64,000 nt of DNA from Bryobacterales bacterium (GTDB taxonomy: Bacteria; Acidobacteriota; Terriglobia; Bryobacterales; UBA6623), in assembly GCA_963422375.2 (NCBI GenBank), contig OY729428.2:320001-384000 (forward strand), written 5' to 3'. Under the pieces are notes generated by a model. That model made no database searches and was not told the origin of the DNA. It was given only the letters and a program-made list of their open reading frames with translations. This document shows, one piece after another, positions 45,632 to 57,139 of the stretch. A program made the translations under genes and the position numbers. Numbering within the stretch: the first letter of the stretch is position 1; every line of letters starts with the position of its first letter.

Positions 45632-46104
45632 CTTGCGGTGTGCCGTCACCCGGCTTCACGTCGCGGAGAGGACGAGTCTGGCCGTGAGCGGGGGGGCAGC
45701 TGGCGCTCCGGGAGAGGGGCGTTGCCGCCGTCCCTTTCACCCGATCGGAGGAGCACGGCACAATGCAGGCGGCACTCGCACCGCGTGGCGACGCGCGAAC
45801 CTTTCTCACCCATTTCGTCGGCGGCGGTCTCGATGACGACCGCTACGTCATTCAGCGGTAGCTGTCCCGGGCCAACGGCGACATCGTTCCCGTCGACGCC
45901 GACGGGGCCAGGCCGAAGGGCCGGCGCAAGCCTCGCCCGACCATTGCCACGCTGAAGGCGGTCGAGAAGATGCGCCCGACCCGCGACGAGATCATCATCG
46001 CGACGGGGATCAGGCTGCGCAACTGCGGCGTGCAACTCTGGGGCTGGCGGGCCATGGGGATCTTCGTGGAGCGCCGCCAGAAGGGCTGAGCGGCTCGCGC
46101 CTAG

Positions 46105-48051
46105 CCCGCATTATTCACGAATGCGGCGCAGGCCCATGGATCCAGTTTCCGGGCCCTCGATGGCCGCCCAATCTGCTTCCGCAACGCCTGCGGGTGGGGA
46201 ATGCGGGACTTGCGGGGCGTCTCGCGAGCGGCGTGCGGGCCGCGGACACCTCCTCGGCGGCACCCGCCCGGAGGGCAGGCACGGTTTCCCCCGGCGGCGC
46301 CCGGCGCCTGCCGACACTCTCCGGATTGACCCGGCCCGGCGTCATATCGGCACGGCCCCCAAGCCCCGCGCCACCACCGCCCAGGCGTCCCGGAACGGTG
46401 CCGTCCGCGGCACTCGCAGCACGATCCGCTGCGCCGTGGCCGCGACCCGCGCCCCCGGCTTCGGCAGGCCGAGGCGCAACCCGTCCACCCGGCGCTTCCG
46501 CAGCGGCGTGTCCCGTGCCTGCCGGCGCAGTTCCTGCATGATCGCGTAGGCCGCCGCCGCGAGCGGCACGCGGAACCGGTTCGCCGCGAAGCTCGAGCGG
46601 CTGGCGCGGTCCATCCGCATCCCGTGCTTGAGCTCCTTGACGCGGTTCTCCACGTCCCCCCGCAGGCAGTGGATCCGCTCGCAGAGGCGCTGCGGGCTGC
46701 CGCCCGCGTTGGTCACCGCGTAGCGCGGGTTCCACTGCGGGGCGCGCCCGGGAAACTCGCTCACGTCCGCCTTGACGATCACCCGCCGCGACCGCGACCG
46801 GGGGCCCGCCCGGTAGGCGAACTGCCCGTACAGCGCGCCCGCGCCGCTGCCCGCGTCCTCCGCGCCCGGCCGGCCCCCCTGCGTGCCGGCTCCCGGCCGC
46901 GCGTACTTCGCCCGCAACTGCTCCAGCCGGGACGGCGGGTCCCCCGCGGCCGCCGCTGCCCCGCCGCGGTCCGTGCCCGGGGTGCCGCCGGGCGCGCGCC
47001 GGGCCTCGACGGCCGCCCGCAACGGGGCCGCGCGCCGCTCCGGCACCGCGTTCTTCTGCAGGCACACCACGTACTCCAGGTACTCCAGGCCCTCGCGCTC
47101 GCCATAGGCCGGCAGCTCGTCCCCTTGGAAGCCCGCGTCCAGGCGCAGGCGCAGCGTCGCCCGCGGGAAGAATTCCCGCAGCAGCAGCAAGCGCTCCAGC
47201 AGCGGCAGCAAGCCCTCCGCGGCCGCGGCCGTGCCCGAGCGCGGCAGCGCCGCCACGAGATGCCGCTCGCGCTCGTCGTCGCAGCGCACCGCGCCCACCA
47301 GCGGCAAGTAGCAACGCGTGTCGCAGGAGTCGTTGAACGGCGCCAGCTGCCGGCCCCCGTGCGTCGGCTCGCAGGTCCGGTCGAAGTCCAGCTCGACGAT
47401 CCTGGTCTCGGGGCGCCGCTCGTGCTGGCGCCGCACGACGCAGCGGGCCGGTACCGCGGACAGCGCGCTCGCCGCGTCCGCGGTGACGGCGTTCTCGAAG
47501 CGCGACAGGGTGGGCCGGGACGGCAGGTCGCGGCCCTGCCAGGGGTCGCGCCCGAGCGGCAGCTTGAACACGGGGTCGCCGCCGAGGCGCCCGGCGTCGT
47601 GGCAGTCCTCCTAGCCGCAGGCGAGGCCGTAGATGCGCTGGCCGAGCATGTCGGCGAGGGAGTGGAGCACCTCGGAGGGCTGGCGCCGGTCGCGCAGGCA
47701 GTCGGCGAACGCCGCGGTGAGGCCGAGCGCGCGGTCGGCGGCCTCGACCGGGACAGCGCCGCCGTCGGAGCTGCTGCGCTCGTGATCGAAGCGGACGGCG
47801 GCGGGGCGACGGCGCGGATTGCGGAACGGAACGCCTCGGGAGCCTGCGGCTGCGACCGTGTATTCATTATAACCTACCGGATGAAAACAACTTCAATGTA
47901 TAAACTTGGATCTCAATCGGACCGGGCCGGGGCTGCCGCCGGGGATCGCAGGGCACTCCTAGGAATGAGGATCGCGCTGGACCGGGGGCCCTCACGGCAC
48001 GGGCGGAGGGACCGAACTATGGCCCTCCGGGCTACTCATGAATTATCCGGG
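46105..48051 (-). mobile_element. IS1380-family element, copy 2 (in-frame stop)
   Basis: Same ends as copy 1, CTAG on both sides. LDFD, CYLPL, RLDAGF, ENRVKELK. Confidence 0.92.
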
Positions 48052-49432
48052 CTAGGAACGCTATGGCATCAAGCGCTGGTACGTCCACACCCTCGCTAAA
48101 GAGGCCCACATTGCAGAGGATTCGCGGGCTGCCCTCCGAACTCGCGTTTCGGAGCTTGTTGATCTCGTCTGCCCGGCGATGAGCACTGTCGCGGGAATTG
48201 ATATGAACTGATTCGATCTTAAGCGAGGATTTGCCATTTCGGCCCTTCGTCGCAGCAGTAACCTTTCGGCGAATCGACGGAGATCCAAGGATGTCACTAA
48301 AGCGTTTCGAAACTGCTCGCGTTTTGCTAAAGGCAATCGTTCGCATCAATGGATTGATCGTGTTGATCTGCCGTTCCGCGTCACGGACAACGCCATTTAC
48401 GGCCAATGCAGTTCCTAAGGCACGCGTGAGGTGGACTTCTACATTCTTCACACTTATTCCGGAAATTTCACGTACTTTGATCTCTGATTCTACCATTCTT
48501 CCTCCAATTTTTTCACTCGGGACACCTAGCACGATCACGCAGTAATCGCAGAGCCGTTCAGATTTGACAGCGTCTCGAAAGCCAAACCTGTACAGCTCCC
48601 GACCGAACACGCTGTGATCGGACATGTCATTAACAATCAGGCCCTGGTCAATCCGACGCTGGATTGAGCGCTTCGTGTACAGCCTCGGCGTAGCCGTCAT
48701 ATATAATCGGCGGCGAACGCGGATTTCCGAATCGCTGTGAACGGCTTGGAATGCACGTAGTCGCTCACGCGAGCTTACACCGCATGTACGATGCGCTTCG
48801 TCGCAAATCGCCAAGTCAAATTCAGGTTCGTCATCCGAAAACTGTGCCTCTCCGAGGCGGACTAGAGACTGATAGGTACAGAAAACCACTTTCGTAATGC
48901 CGCGATTGCCTTTCAAGTGTGCGGCAATTCTCCTGCGTGACGTAGTTACAGGACAGCTGAGCTCTATCGCTGCCAAATCCATGTTGCTCTCGGAGACTGC
49001 GCCCGAGTCGGAACAGATAACGAGCGCAGCAAGACGGCGATTCATCTGTTCAAGCCACGTTCGCCGGGACTGAGCCACTAAGGCGATGCTCGGCGCAAGA
49101 TAGAGGATGCTGCCGCCGTCGTTGACGACGCTATCGGCAATCCGGAGGGCAGTGAACGTCTTCCCTGTCCCGCAAGCCATCACGAGGCGGCCTCGGGAGC
49201 GCTTGGAACGCAACAACCCATGCACGGCCCGTTCAATTGCCGCGTGCTGCTCGGGCCACGGTTCGAGACGCGGGCGCTCAATGCATCCGTCAAGCTTCTC
49301 GTATAGGTAATTGCTCAGGCTTACGAACTGCGCGGGTGGTGTCTGGTCTCGAACTGTAGTCTCAACGATCTTGCTCCAGCGGCAAGTGACAACAACGTAG
49401 CGCCTCTTGAATGTTGATCGGCTCGATGCGAC
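48052..49432 (-). pseudogene. SF2 helicase segment of the large RM gene
   Basis: MACGTGKT, LAPSIAL, CTYQS, CDEAH, MTATPR, FSEGVDVPALDAIAF. Confidence 0.88.
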
Positions 49433-50866
49433 TCGAGTGCGGCCGCGGCGGGCACAGAGGGGTGGGGAGTGGGATCGTATCTGACTCGAGCCTGCCAGCG
49501 GATTGGACGAGGCAGGGACTAGAGAGGCCGCCTCGCCTGCCCCGGTTGCCCCGGTGGAACCCGGTTGGCGGTGGCAGGGCACCCCTTGCAAGCCGATTGC
49601 AGGCCCTGCGAGGGCCGAAGACAGCGGATCCCCGGCGCTCGACGGCCTGCATGGACGGTCCGGGCCGGACTGGGGTCGCACCGGGGCCTTCCGGATCCGG
49701 TGCGACCCTCGTACCGAGCGTGAAGAGCGCGCCCGCAGCGGGCGCCGCTCAGGCCGCGACCGCGGCCTTGCCGGTCAGCTGCCGGCAGGTCAGCGTCCGG
49801 CCGACCAAGCCCCGCGCCATGCGCCGCATCCGTTCCGCCGTTGTTCCGCCGTGTCGCAGTCGCGGTCGTTGCACCGTCCCGCGAACTCCGTGAGATAGCG
49901 GCCGAGATGACGGACGCTCATCCGGTGATAGGTGCCGTACAGGCCGCGCTTGAACAGGGACCCAAACGATTCGATGCCGTTCGCATGCGCCGCCCCGCGC
50001 ACGTACTCGCCGCCGGAGTGCCGGAGTGCCTGACGGCTTCGTGCGGGAACTCCGCCATGCCGGCGCAGGCCGCCGCCTCGTCGGAGCGGACCTGCGCCCC
50101 CGGCGCGACGCGGGCGCGCGCGAAGCCCTGGCAGGTCGCCCTCGGCGGTGCCCGGCAGCGGCCGCGCGGCCGCTGCGTTCGTGGCGCGGTCCCGCGCCCC
50201 CGCCACCGGGGTCTTGCCGACGGGCCCGCGCCCGGCGCGGGCCTTCTTGCTCTCGTGCTGGTTGCGTTCCTTGCCGCCGACGCAGGTCTCGTCCACCTCC
50301 GCCGGGCCGGCGAACGGGCCCCGATCCCGCTCCCGGCACGCGCGGATGCGGTGCGCCAGGTGCCAGGCCGACTTCCGGCTGACGCCTAGGTCGCGGTGCA
50401 GCTTCATGCTCGAGACGCCCTTGATGCCGGTGGTCAGCAGGAACAGGGCGACGGCCCGGGTGCGGTAGCCGAGCTTGGTGTCGGCCGTCACGCTGCCGGT
50501 GCGCACGGAAAAGCGCTTGCCGCAGCCGCAGCCGCGGCAACGGTACGGCATCGAAGGGTGGGCCGCGCCGGACTGCACGCTGGAGCCGCGGCAGCGGGGG
50601 CACGCGGAGCCGTCCGGCCAGCGCATGGCAGCGAACCACTTTTCCGCGGATTCGTCATCGGGGAACATGGCGATCCCTTCGATCAATGTGATGCCTTTAC
50701 GGAACCACTTTCCGGGACCTTGTTTCTTCATTTACGGTATCCCCTGCTGGAACTATTCCACCAAGAAACACCACAGAATGTCAACGGAAATTCGGAAGAA
50801 ATATGAAATCTTATTATGGCTTGATAATTTGCCAAATTGATGTCCTCAGCACTCAGATATATTCTT
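49433..50866 (-). mobile_element. IS1595-family element A, copy 2 (one end deleted, frameshifted)
   Basis: Near-identical to 2442-3943. Transposase 49790-50731; the distal IR is missing. Confidence 0.88.
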
Positions 50867-50994
50867 CCCACCTGTGGATACGCGTGATCTCGAATTCAGG
50901 GCGCGTGGCCATAAACTCGCAAAATAGAGTTTCAAACCAGTCCCCCTTTTCGCGTTCGGTCCGGCTCTTTGTACGAATCCTAGATAAATGCCAT

Positions 50995-52048
50995 CCTGAT
51001 TGCCCACAAGACTCAGCCAAGGTTAGGAGGCGGTAAGGCATGGGCGGGGTGCGCACGGAGGCGTGGAGCAGGCGGGGGACCAGCGCCTCGAGATCGTAGC
51101 GGCGGTTGAAGCGGTAGCGGAACTCGGCGAGGTACCGCGGCAGGTGCTTGCCGTCGAGCGCATGGCAGGTTCCCGCCAGGGACTGCTTGACGTGCGCCAG
51201 CATCGTGTTGACCCGGACATTGACCCGGACGAAGCGGGAATCCCCGCAGCTCCGCTGCCCGCCTGCGGTGACGGTCGGCACGTGCTCGCAGCCGGCGCCG
51301 GCCACGCCCCGCAAGCAGGCCGGGCCGTCGGAATGCACCTCCGTGCCGGGCTGCAAGTGCCGCCCGGCCCACGCTGCCAGCGTCTTCTTGCGCAAGCCCG
51401 CCACGCTGGCCACGCTGCTCATGCGCATCCTTGCCGGCTGGCCGGCGGCGCTGACCTGCACGGCGGCCACGAACGGCGTCTTGCCCGCCGCGCCGCGACC
51501 GCGCTTGCCGCCGCTCCGCTCCCCGCCCCAGCAGGCGTCGTCCACTTGCATGATGCCGCCCGGCGGCACGCGCTCGTCGCGCTCCTTCATCACTTGCAGG
51601 AGCTTGTGCTTCACCTTCCAAGCCGTGTTCCGGCTCACGCCCGGCTGCCGCGCCAGTTCCAGCGACGAAACGCCGTGCTTGCCCTGCGTCAGCAGGTGGA
51701 GCGCCAGCAACCGGACGGTCAGCGGCAGCTGGGTGGCGGCGCAGATCGTGCCGGTGACGAGGGAGCTCTGGCGGTGGCAGGCATGGCACTGCCGGAGCTT
51801 GCGGGAGCGGATGCGGCAGTGCCGCCGGGAGCCGCACTCCGGGCAGCGGAAGCCGTCCGGCCAGCGGGCGTTGCAGACGGCCTGCTCGCATGGCCCCTCG
51901 CTGCCGTAGCGCTGCAGGAACTTGCCCGGGCTGAGTCCCTTCTGGCATTGCACGCGATTGCGTTTCATCTGCTATCCCCTTTCCTGTCAGAGGTTTCCGA
52001 CCTCCTCCAGTATAGCATATCCTCGGCTGACGTTCGTTGGTAATCAGG
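50995..52048 (-). mobile_element. IS1595-family element B copy
   Basis: CCTGATT...GGTAATCAGG ends, TSD AATGCCAT. Confidence 0.93.
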
Positions 52049-52157
52049 AATGCCATTCAACCGTGTGACCTCCTTCGACGTCTTTGTCAGTCTCGTCTAG
52101 ACGAAAATCGAGCTTCCCTTGAACTCCCTCGCCAACACCTGAATTAGGTGACCGACC

Positions 52158-52172
52158 GGGGGGGGGGGGGGG
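52158..52172. repeat. G15 homopolymer (C15 on the RM coding strand)
   Basis: Counted directly in the sequence. Confidence 0.8.
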
Positions 52173-52514
52173 ATTGCGCGATTCAGACACGTGGTTGCCT
52201 GCGGCTCTAGGTAGGCAGGTCCGAGCGGAAAACTCGAGCGATAGGAATCGCCCTATGGCGCGACGTCTCCCAATACTGGCCCAGTGCAGTGATGAACGTT
52301 ACGAGTAGGCCCGGACGTTCGCCCGTCTTCGCGACCGTCACCATACATGCTCCTAGCGTCACGACAGGCATCGTCCCCGAATCATCTCGCTAGCGTCCTC
52401 TTCTAGATCGAGTGCCTAGTCATGCCCTCATCGCGTCGCCCTACTCCTACCAACCCCAGCCAAACCGGACAAGTCTCCCCCGCCAATGTCGGTCCGCAAG
52501 CCCTGCCAGAATGG

Positions 52515-53174
52515 ATGTCTCGCATGCCGGGCGTGCTCTATCTGCATGGATTCTGCTCGAGCTCGAAGTCGACCAAGGGGACGTTCCTCGCCGGTCGATT
52601 CGCGGAAGCCGGGATCCGTGTCCAACTGCCGGACCTTGACGAAGGGGATTTTCGGAACACCACCCTCTCGCGGCAACTGGCCTTGGTTGGCCGACTGACC
52701 GAACGGGTGGGGCCCGCGCTGCTGATGGGCTCCAGTCTCGGTGGGTTCTTGGCGGCGCTGCTCGCCGCCCGGCATCCGGAAGCCGTTCCCGCCGTCGCCC
52801 TGCTCGCCCCGGCATTCGACTTCGCTCGCGGGCTGAATGCGAGCCTCGGCTCGGAGATGGACCGGTGGAGAGTGCAAGGCTTCCGCGAATTCAATCACTA
52901 CGGCTCGGAAGGCAGCGTGCCGCTCGATTATGGGTTCTTCAGGGACTCGTCGCGGTACGAGGCGTTCCCGGACGTCAGGTGCCCGGCGCTGGTGATGCAC
53001 GGGCTCAAGGATGAAGTCGTCGTTCCGGAGCTGTCCGCCGAATTCGCCCGCGGCAGGCCCAACGTCGAAATCGAATGGTTCGACACGGACCACCAGATGC
53101 TGGACGTCACCGAGGGCATCTGGTCCAGCGTCAAGCGATTCTACGACCGAATCGATTGGGAATTATATATCTGA
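52515..53174 (+). CDS. YqiA/YcfP-like esterase; last codons supplied by the IS end
   Basis: LYLHGFCSS, GSSLGG, LLAPAF, HGLKDEVV, TDHQM. Confidence 0.88.
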   Translation: MSRMPGVLYLHGFCSSSKSTKGTFLAGRFAEAGIRVQLPDLDEGDFRNTTLSRQLALVGRLTERVGPALLMGSSLGGFLAALLAARHPEAVPAVALLAPAFDFARGLNASLGSEMDRWRVQGFREFNHYGSEGSVPLDYGFFRDSSRYEAFPDVRCPALVMHGLKDEVVVPELSAEFARGRPNVEIEWFDTDHQMLDVTEGIWSSVKRFYDRIDWELYI

Positions 53175-54674
53175 GTGCCGACAACGCCATGTCCGACGAG
53201 AACTGCTGTGAGCAGGGAGGTCGGTGTCGAGCTCGGGTCATTCGAGTGCGGCCGCGGCAGGCACGGAGGGGTGGGATCGTATCTGAATCGAGCCTGCCAG
53301 CGGATTGGACGAGGAAGGGACTAGAGAGGCCGCCTCGCATGCCCCGGTGGAACCCGGTTGGCGGTGGCAGGGCACCCCTTGCAAGCCGCTTGCAGGCCCT
53401 GCGAGGGCCGAAGACAGCGGATCCCCGGCGCTCGACGGCCTGCATGGACGGTCCGGTCCGGTCCGGGGTCGCGCCGGGGCATTCCGGATCCGGTGCGCCC
53501 CTCGTACCGAGCGTGCAGCGCACCGAGCGTGAAGAGCGCGCCCGCAGCGGGCTGCCGCGCTCGGCGCGGCGGGCGCCGCTCGGGCCGCGACCGCGGCCTT
53601 GCCGGTCAGCTGCCGGCAGGTCAGCGTCCGGCCGACCAAGCCCCGCGCCATGCGCCGCATCCGTTCCGCCGTGTCGCAGTCGCGGTCGTTGCGCCGTCCC
53701 GCGAACTCCGTGAGGTAGCGGCCGAGATGACGGACGCTCATCCGGTGATAGGTTCCGTACAGGCCGCGCTCGAACAGGGACCGGAACGATTCGATGCCGT
53801 TCGTATGCGCTGCCCCGCGCACGTACTCGCCGCCGGAGTGCCTGACGGCTTCGTGCGCGAACTCCGCCATGCCGGCGTAGGCCGCCGCCTCGTCGGAGCG
53901 GAGCTGCGCGCCCGGCGCGACCCGGCCGCGCACGAAGCCCTGCAGGTCGCCCTTGGCGGTGCCCGGCAGCGGCCGCGCGGCCGCTGCGTTCGTGGCGCGG
54001 TCCCGCGCCCCCGCCACGGGCGTCTTGCCGACGGGCCCGCGCCCGGCACGGGCCTTCTTCCTCTCGTGCTTGTTGCGCTCCTTGCCGCCGACGTAGGTCT
54101 CGTCCACCTCCACCGGGCCGGCGAACGGGCCCCGATCCCGCTCCCGGCACGCGCGGATGCGGTGCGCCAGGTGCCGGGCCGACTTCCGGCTGATGCCCGG
54201 GTCGCGGTGCAGCTTCATGCTCGAGACACCCTTGATGCCGGTGGTCAGCAGGAACAGGGCGACGGCCCGGGTGCGGTAGCCGAGCTTGGTGTCGGCCGTC
54301 ACGCTGCCGGTGCGCACGGCAAAGCGCTTGCCGCAGCCGCGGCAACGGTACGGCATCGAAGAGTGGGCCGCGTCGGACTGCACGCTGGAGCCGCGGCAGC
54401 GGGGGCACGCGGGACCGTCCGGCCAGCGCATGGAGGCGAACCACTTTTTCGCGGATTCGTCATCGGGGAACATGGCAATCACTTCGATCAATGTGATGCC
54501 TTTACGGAACCACTTTCCGGGACCTGATTTCTTCATTTACGGTATCCACTACTGGAACTATTCTACCAAGAAACACCACAGAATATCAACGGAAAATCGG
54601 AAGAAATATGAAATCTTATTATGGCTTGATAATTTGCCGAATCGATTCCCTCGGCACTCAGATATATAATTCCC
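53158..54674 (-). mobile_element. IS1595-family element A, copy 3 (complete ends)
   Basis: GGGAATTATATATCTGAGTGCCGA / TCGGCACTCAGATATATAATTCCC. TSD AATCGATT at 53150-53157 and 55716-55723. Confidence 0.93.
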
Positions 54675-54676
54675 AA

Positions 54677-55709
54677 CCTGATTACCAACGAACGTCAGCC
54701 GAGGATATGCTATACTGAAGGAGGTCGGAAATCTCTGATAGGAAAGGGGATAGCAGATGAAACGCAATCGCGTGCAATGCCAGAAGGGACTCAGCCCGGG
54801 CAAGTTCCTGCAGCGCTACGGCAGCGAGGGGCCATGCGAGCAGGCCGTCTTCAACGCCCGCTGGCCGGACGGCTTCCGCTGCCCGGAGTGCGGCTCCCGA
54901 CGGCACTGCCGCATCCGCTCCCGCAAGCTCTGGCAGTGCCATGCCTGCCACCGCCGGACCTCCCTCGTCGCCGGCACGATCTTCGCCGCCACCCAGCTGC
55001 CGCTGACCGTCCGGTTCCTGGCGATCCACCTGCTGACGCAGGGCAAGCACGGCGTTGCGTCGCTGGAACTGGCGCGGTAGCTGGGGGTCAGCCGGAACAC
55101 GGCTTGGAAGGTGAAGCACAAGCTCCTGCAAGTGCTGAAGGAGCGCGACGAGCGCGTGCCGCCGGGCGGCATCGTGCAGGTGGACGACGCCTACCGGGGC
55201 GGGGAGCGGAGCGGCGGCAAGCGCGGGCGCGGCGCGGCGGGCAAGACGCCGTTGGTCGCCGCCGTGCAGGTCGCCGCCGCCGGCCAGCCGTCAAGGATGC
55301 GCATGAGCAGCGTGGCGGGCTTGCGCAACAAGACGCTGGCAGCGTGGGCCGGGCGGCACTTGCAGCCCGGCACGGAGGTGCATTCCGACGGCCCGGCCTG
55401 CTTGCGGGGCGTGGCCGACGCCGGCTGCGAGCACGTGCCGACCGTCACCGGAGGCGGGCAGCGGAGCTGCGGGGATTCCCGCTTCTTCCGGGTCAACACG
55501 ATGCTGGCGAACGTCAAGCGGTCCCTGGCGGGAACCTGCCCTGCGCTCGACGGCAAGCACCTGCCGCGGTACCTCGCCGAGTTCCGCTACCGCTTCAACC
55601 GCCGCTACGATCTGGAGGCGCTGGTCGCCCGCCTGCTCCACGCCTCCGTGCGCACCCCGCCCATGCCTTACCGCCTCCTAACCTTGGCTGAGTCTTGTGG
55701 GTAATCAGG
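54677..55709 (+). mobile_element. IS1595-family element B copy with internal TAG (55078)
   Basis: CCTGATTACC ends. TSD ATTCCCAA overlaps the terminus of element A. Confidence 0.93.
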
Positions 55710-55776
55710 ATTCCCAATCGATTCAGGCGCCGACCCACCCCGGTCAACGCGGAGTCCCCCGCGCCGAGGTCCCGCC

Positions 55777-57072
55777 TCACGTCGGCTCGGAGAGCCCGGG
55801 CGAGCGACGCTTCCGCCAGCGACTCCAGCCGACGACCGCGGCAGCGGACACGCATAGGATTGCGATCAGCCCCGTCCCGGTCGGCGATGCCTCCAAGCTC
55901 TCGGAAAACAGCCCGAGCACCCCAACCCGGTCTGCGGACCAGTGCCACGCCTGGTGCGCGGCCAGCGCGGAAAGGATGATCGTGCCGACCCGTTCGGGGA
56001 CGGCGTACCGAAAGAGCGCGGCAAGTGCCGGGACCAGCACCAGGAGCACGACGACCTGGCCCAGTTCGACGCCGAGGTTGAAGGCCAGCAGCGAGGTCAG
56101 GAAGTGCGAGCCGGCGAACTGCAGTGTCTCCCGCAGGGCGAAGGCGAACCCAAAGCCGTGGACCAAGCCGAATCCCAGCGCGAAGGCCCAGCGACGCTGC
56201 CCGGGTCCGACGATATTCTCGAGCGCCATGTACAGGATGGACACGGCGATCAGCGCCTCGATCAGCGGCGGAAACCACAAGGCGTCTGGCGCGACACCTG
56301 CGGCACTGGCGATCAACGTCACCGAATGGGCCAGAGTGAATGCCGAGACGATCCAGACGAGCGGCCCCAGCCGACGGAGGGGCACCACGAGGCAGAACAG
56401 GAACAGCAGGTGGTCCGGGCCGTCGAGAATGTGCTCAAAGCCGAGCCGAACGAAGCGCCACGCGGCTTGGGACCAGCTCGGGTCGAGCGGTACGACGCCC
56501 GGATCGCCCGAGAACTGATACGCGCGGGTAGCGCCGCTCGGAAGTTCGTAGAGCAGGGACGTGACCACCGTGCTGGCTAGGTGCGTCAGTCCCGGGCGGA
56601 GCGAGAAGCTCGCGTCCTGCGACCGGATCGGATACTCGAGCAGGACGTCTAGGAAGATCTGGTCCCAGACGAGGTTTTCCGAGTTGGCCGGTCGCGGCGC
56701 GGCGAGGCGGGCTAGAGCCCGGTCAAGGGACTCGAACGAGCGGTCCGAGGGAAGCGATAGCTGGGTCGCGACCACGGTCGGCTGCGGCAGCGGCGCGCGG
56801 CCCTCGTGCATGCGGACGAACGGCGCGATCCACTGCGCGGCAAGCCCGTCCAGCCGCGGGGACAGCGCCTCGATGTCAAGGTAGCCCGGCCCGAATTCCG
56901 GAACCTCCACGTCCCTCATGGACCGCAGCGGCACGCGCACAGCCGCCTGCAGCGCTTCGCCCCTTGCCCGCGCCAGCATCCGCACGACGACCTCGCTCGG
57001 GATCTCGTGGGCAGCGACCGAAGGGGCCGAGACCAGTGCCAGCAAGACCGGAGCGCAGCGGAAGCGGAACAT
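55777..57072 (-). CDS. HupE/UreJ-family membrane protein
   Basis: AHEIP, GFEHILDGPDHLLFL, FTLAHSVTL, FGLVHGFGF, FNLGVELGQ. Confidence 0.9.
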   Translation of the reverse strand: MFRFRCAPVLLALVSAPSVAAHEIPSEVVVRMLARARGEALQAAVRVPLRSMRDVEVPEFGPGYLDIEALSPRLDGLAAQWIAPFVRMHEGRAPLPQPTVVATQLSLPSDRSFESLDRALARLAAPRPANSENLVWDQIFLDVLLEYPIRSQDASFSLRPGLTHLASTVVTSLLYELPSGATRAYQFSGDPGVVPLDPSWSQAAWRFVRLGFEHILDGPDHLLFLFCLVVPLRRLGPLVWIVSAFTLAHSVTLIASAAGVAPDALWFPPLIEALIAVSILYMALENIVGPGQRRWAFALGFGLVHGFGFAFALRETLQFAGSHFLTSLLAFNLGVELGQVVVLLVLVPALAALFRYAVPERVGTIILSALAAHQAWHWSADRVGVLGLFSESLEASPTGTGLIAILCVSAAAVVGWSRWRKRRSPGLSEPT

Positions 57073-57139
57073 CGAACCAGTTGCTCACCCCTAACTTAAG
57101 CAAGTATGATGTTTCACGTACTGGAAGGGAGCATCCGAA

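Larger units (their letters stand above)
50867..52190 (-). pseudogene. 5' end (Mrr-like nuclease start) of the large RM gene, interrupted by element B
   Basis: After IS removal, a continuous frame from GTG 52190: VSESRNPPPPPGRS...VEWHLSRIRTKSRTEREKGDWFETLF. Confidence 0.7.

Noticed and set aside
45640..46095. Short ORF fragments between higB and IS1380
   Set aside because: No motif I can assign with confidence.
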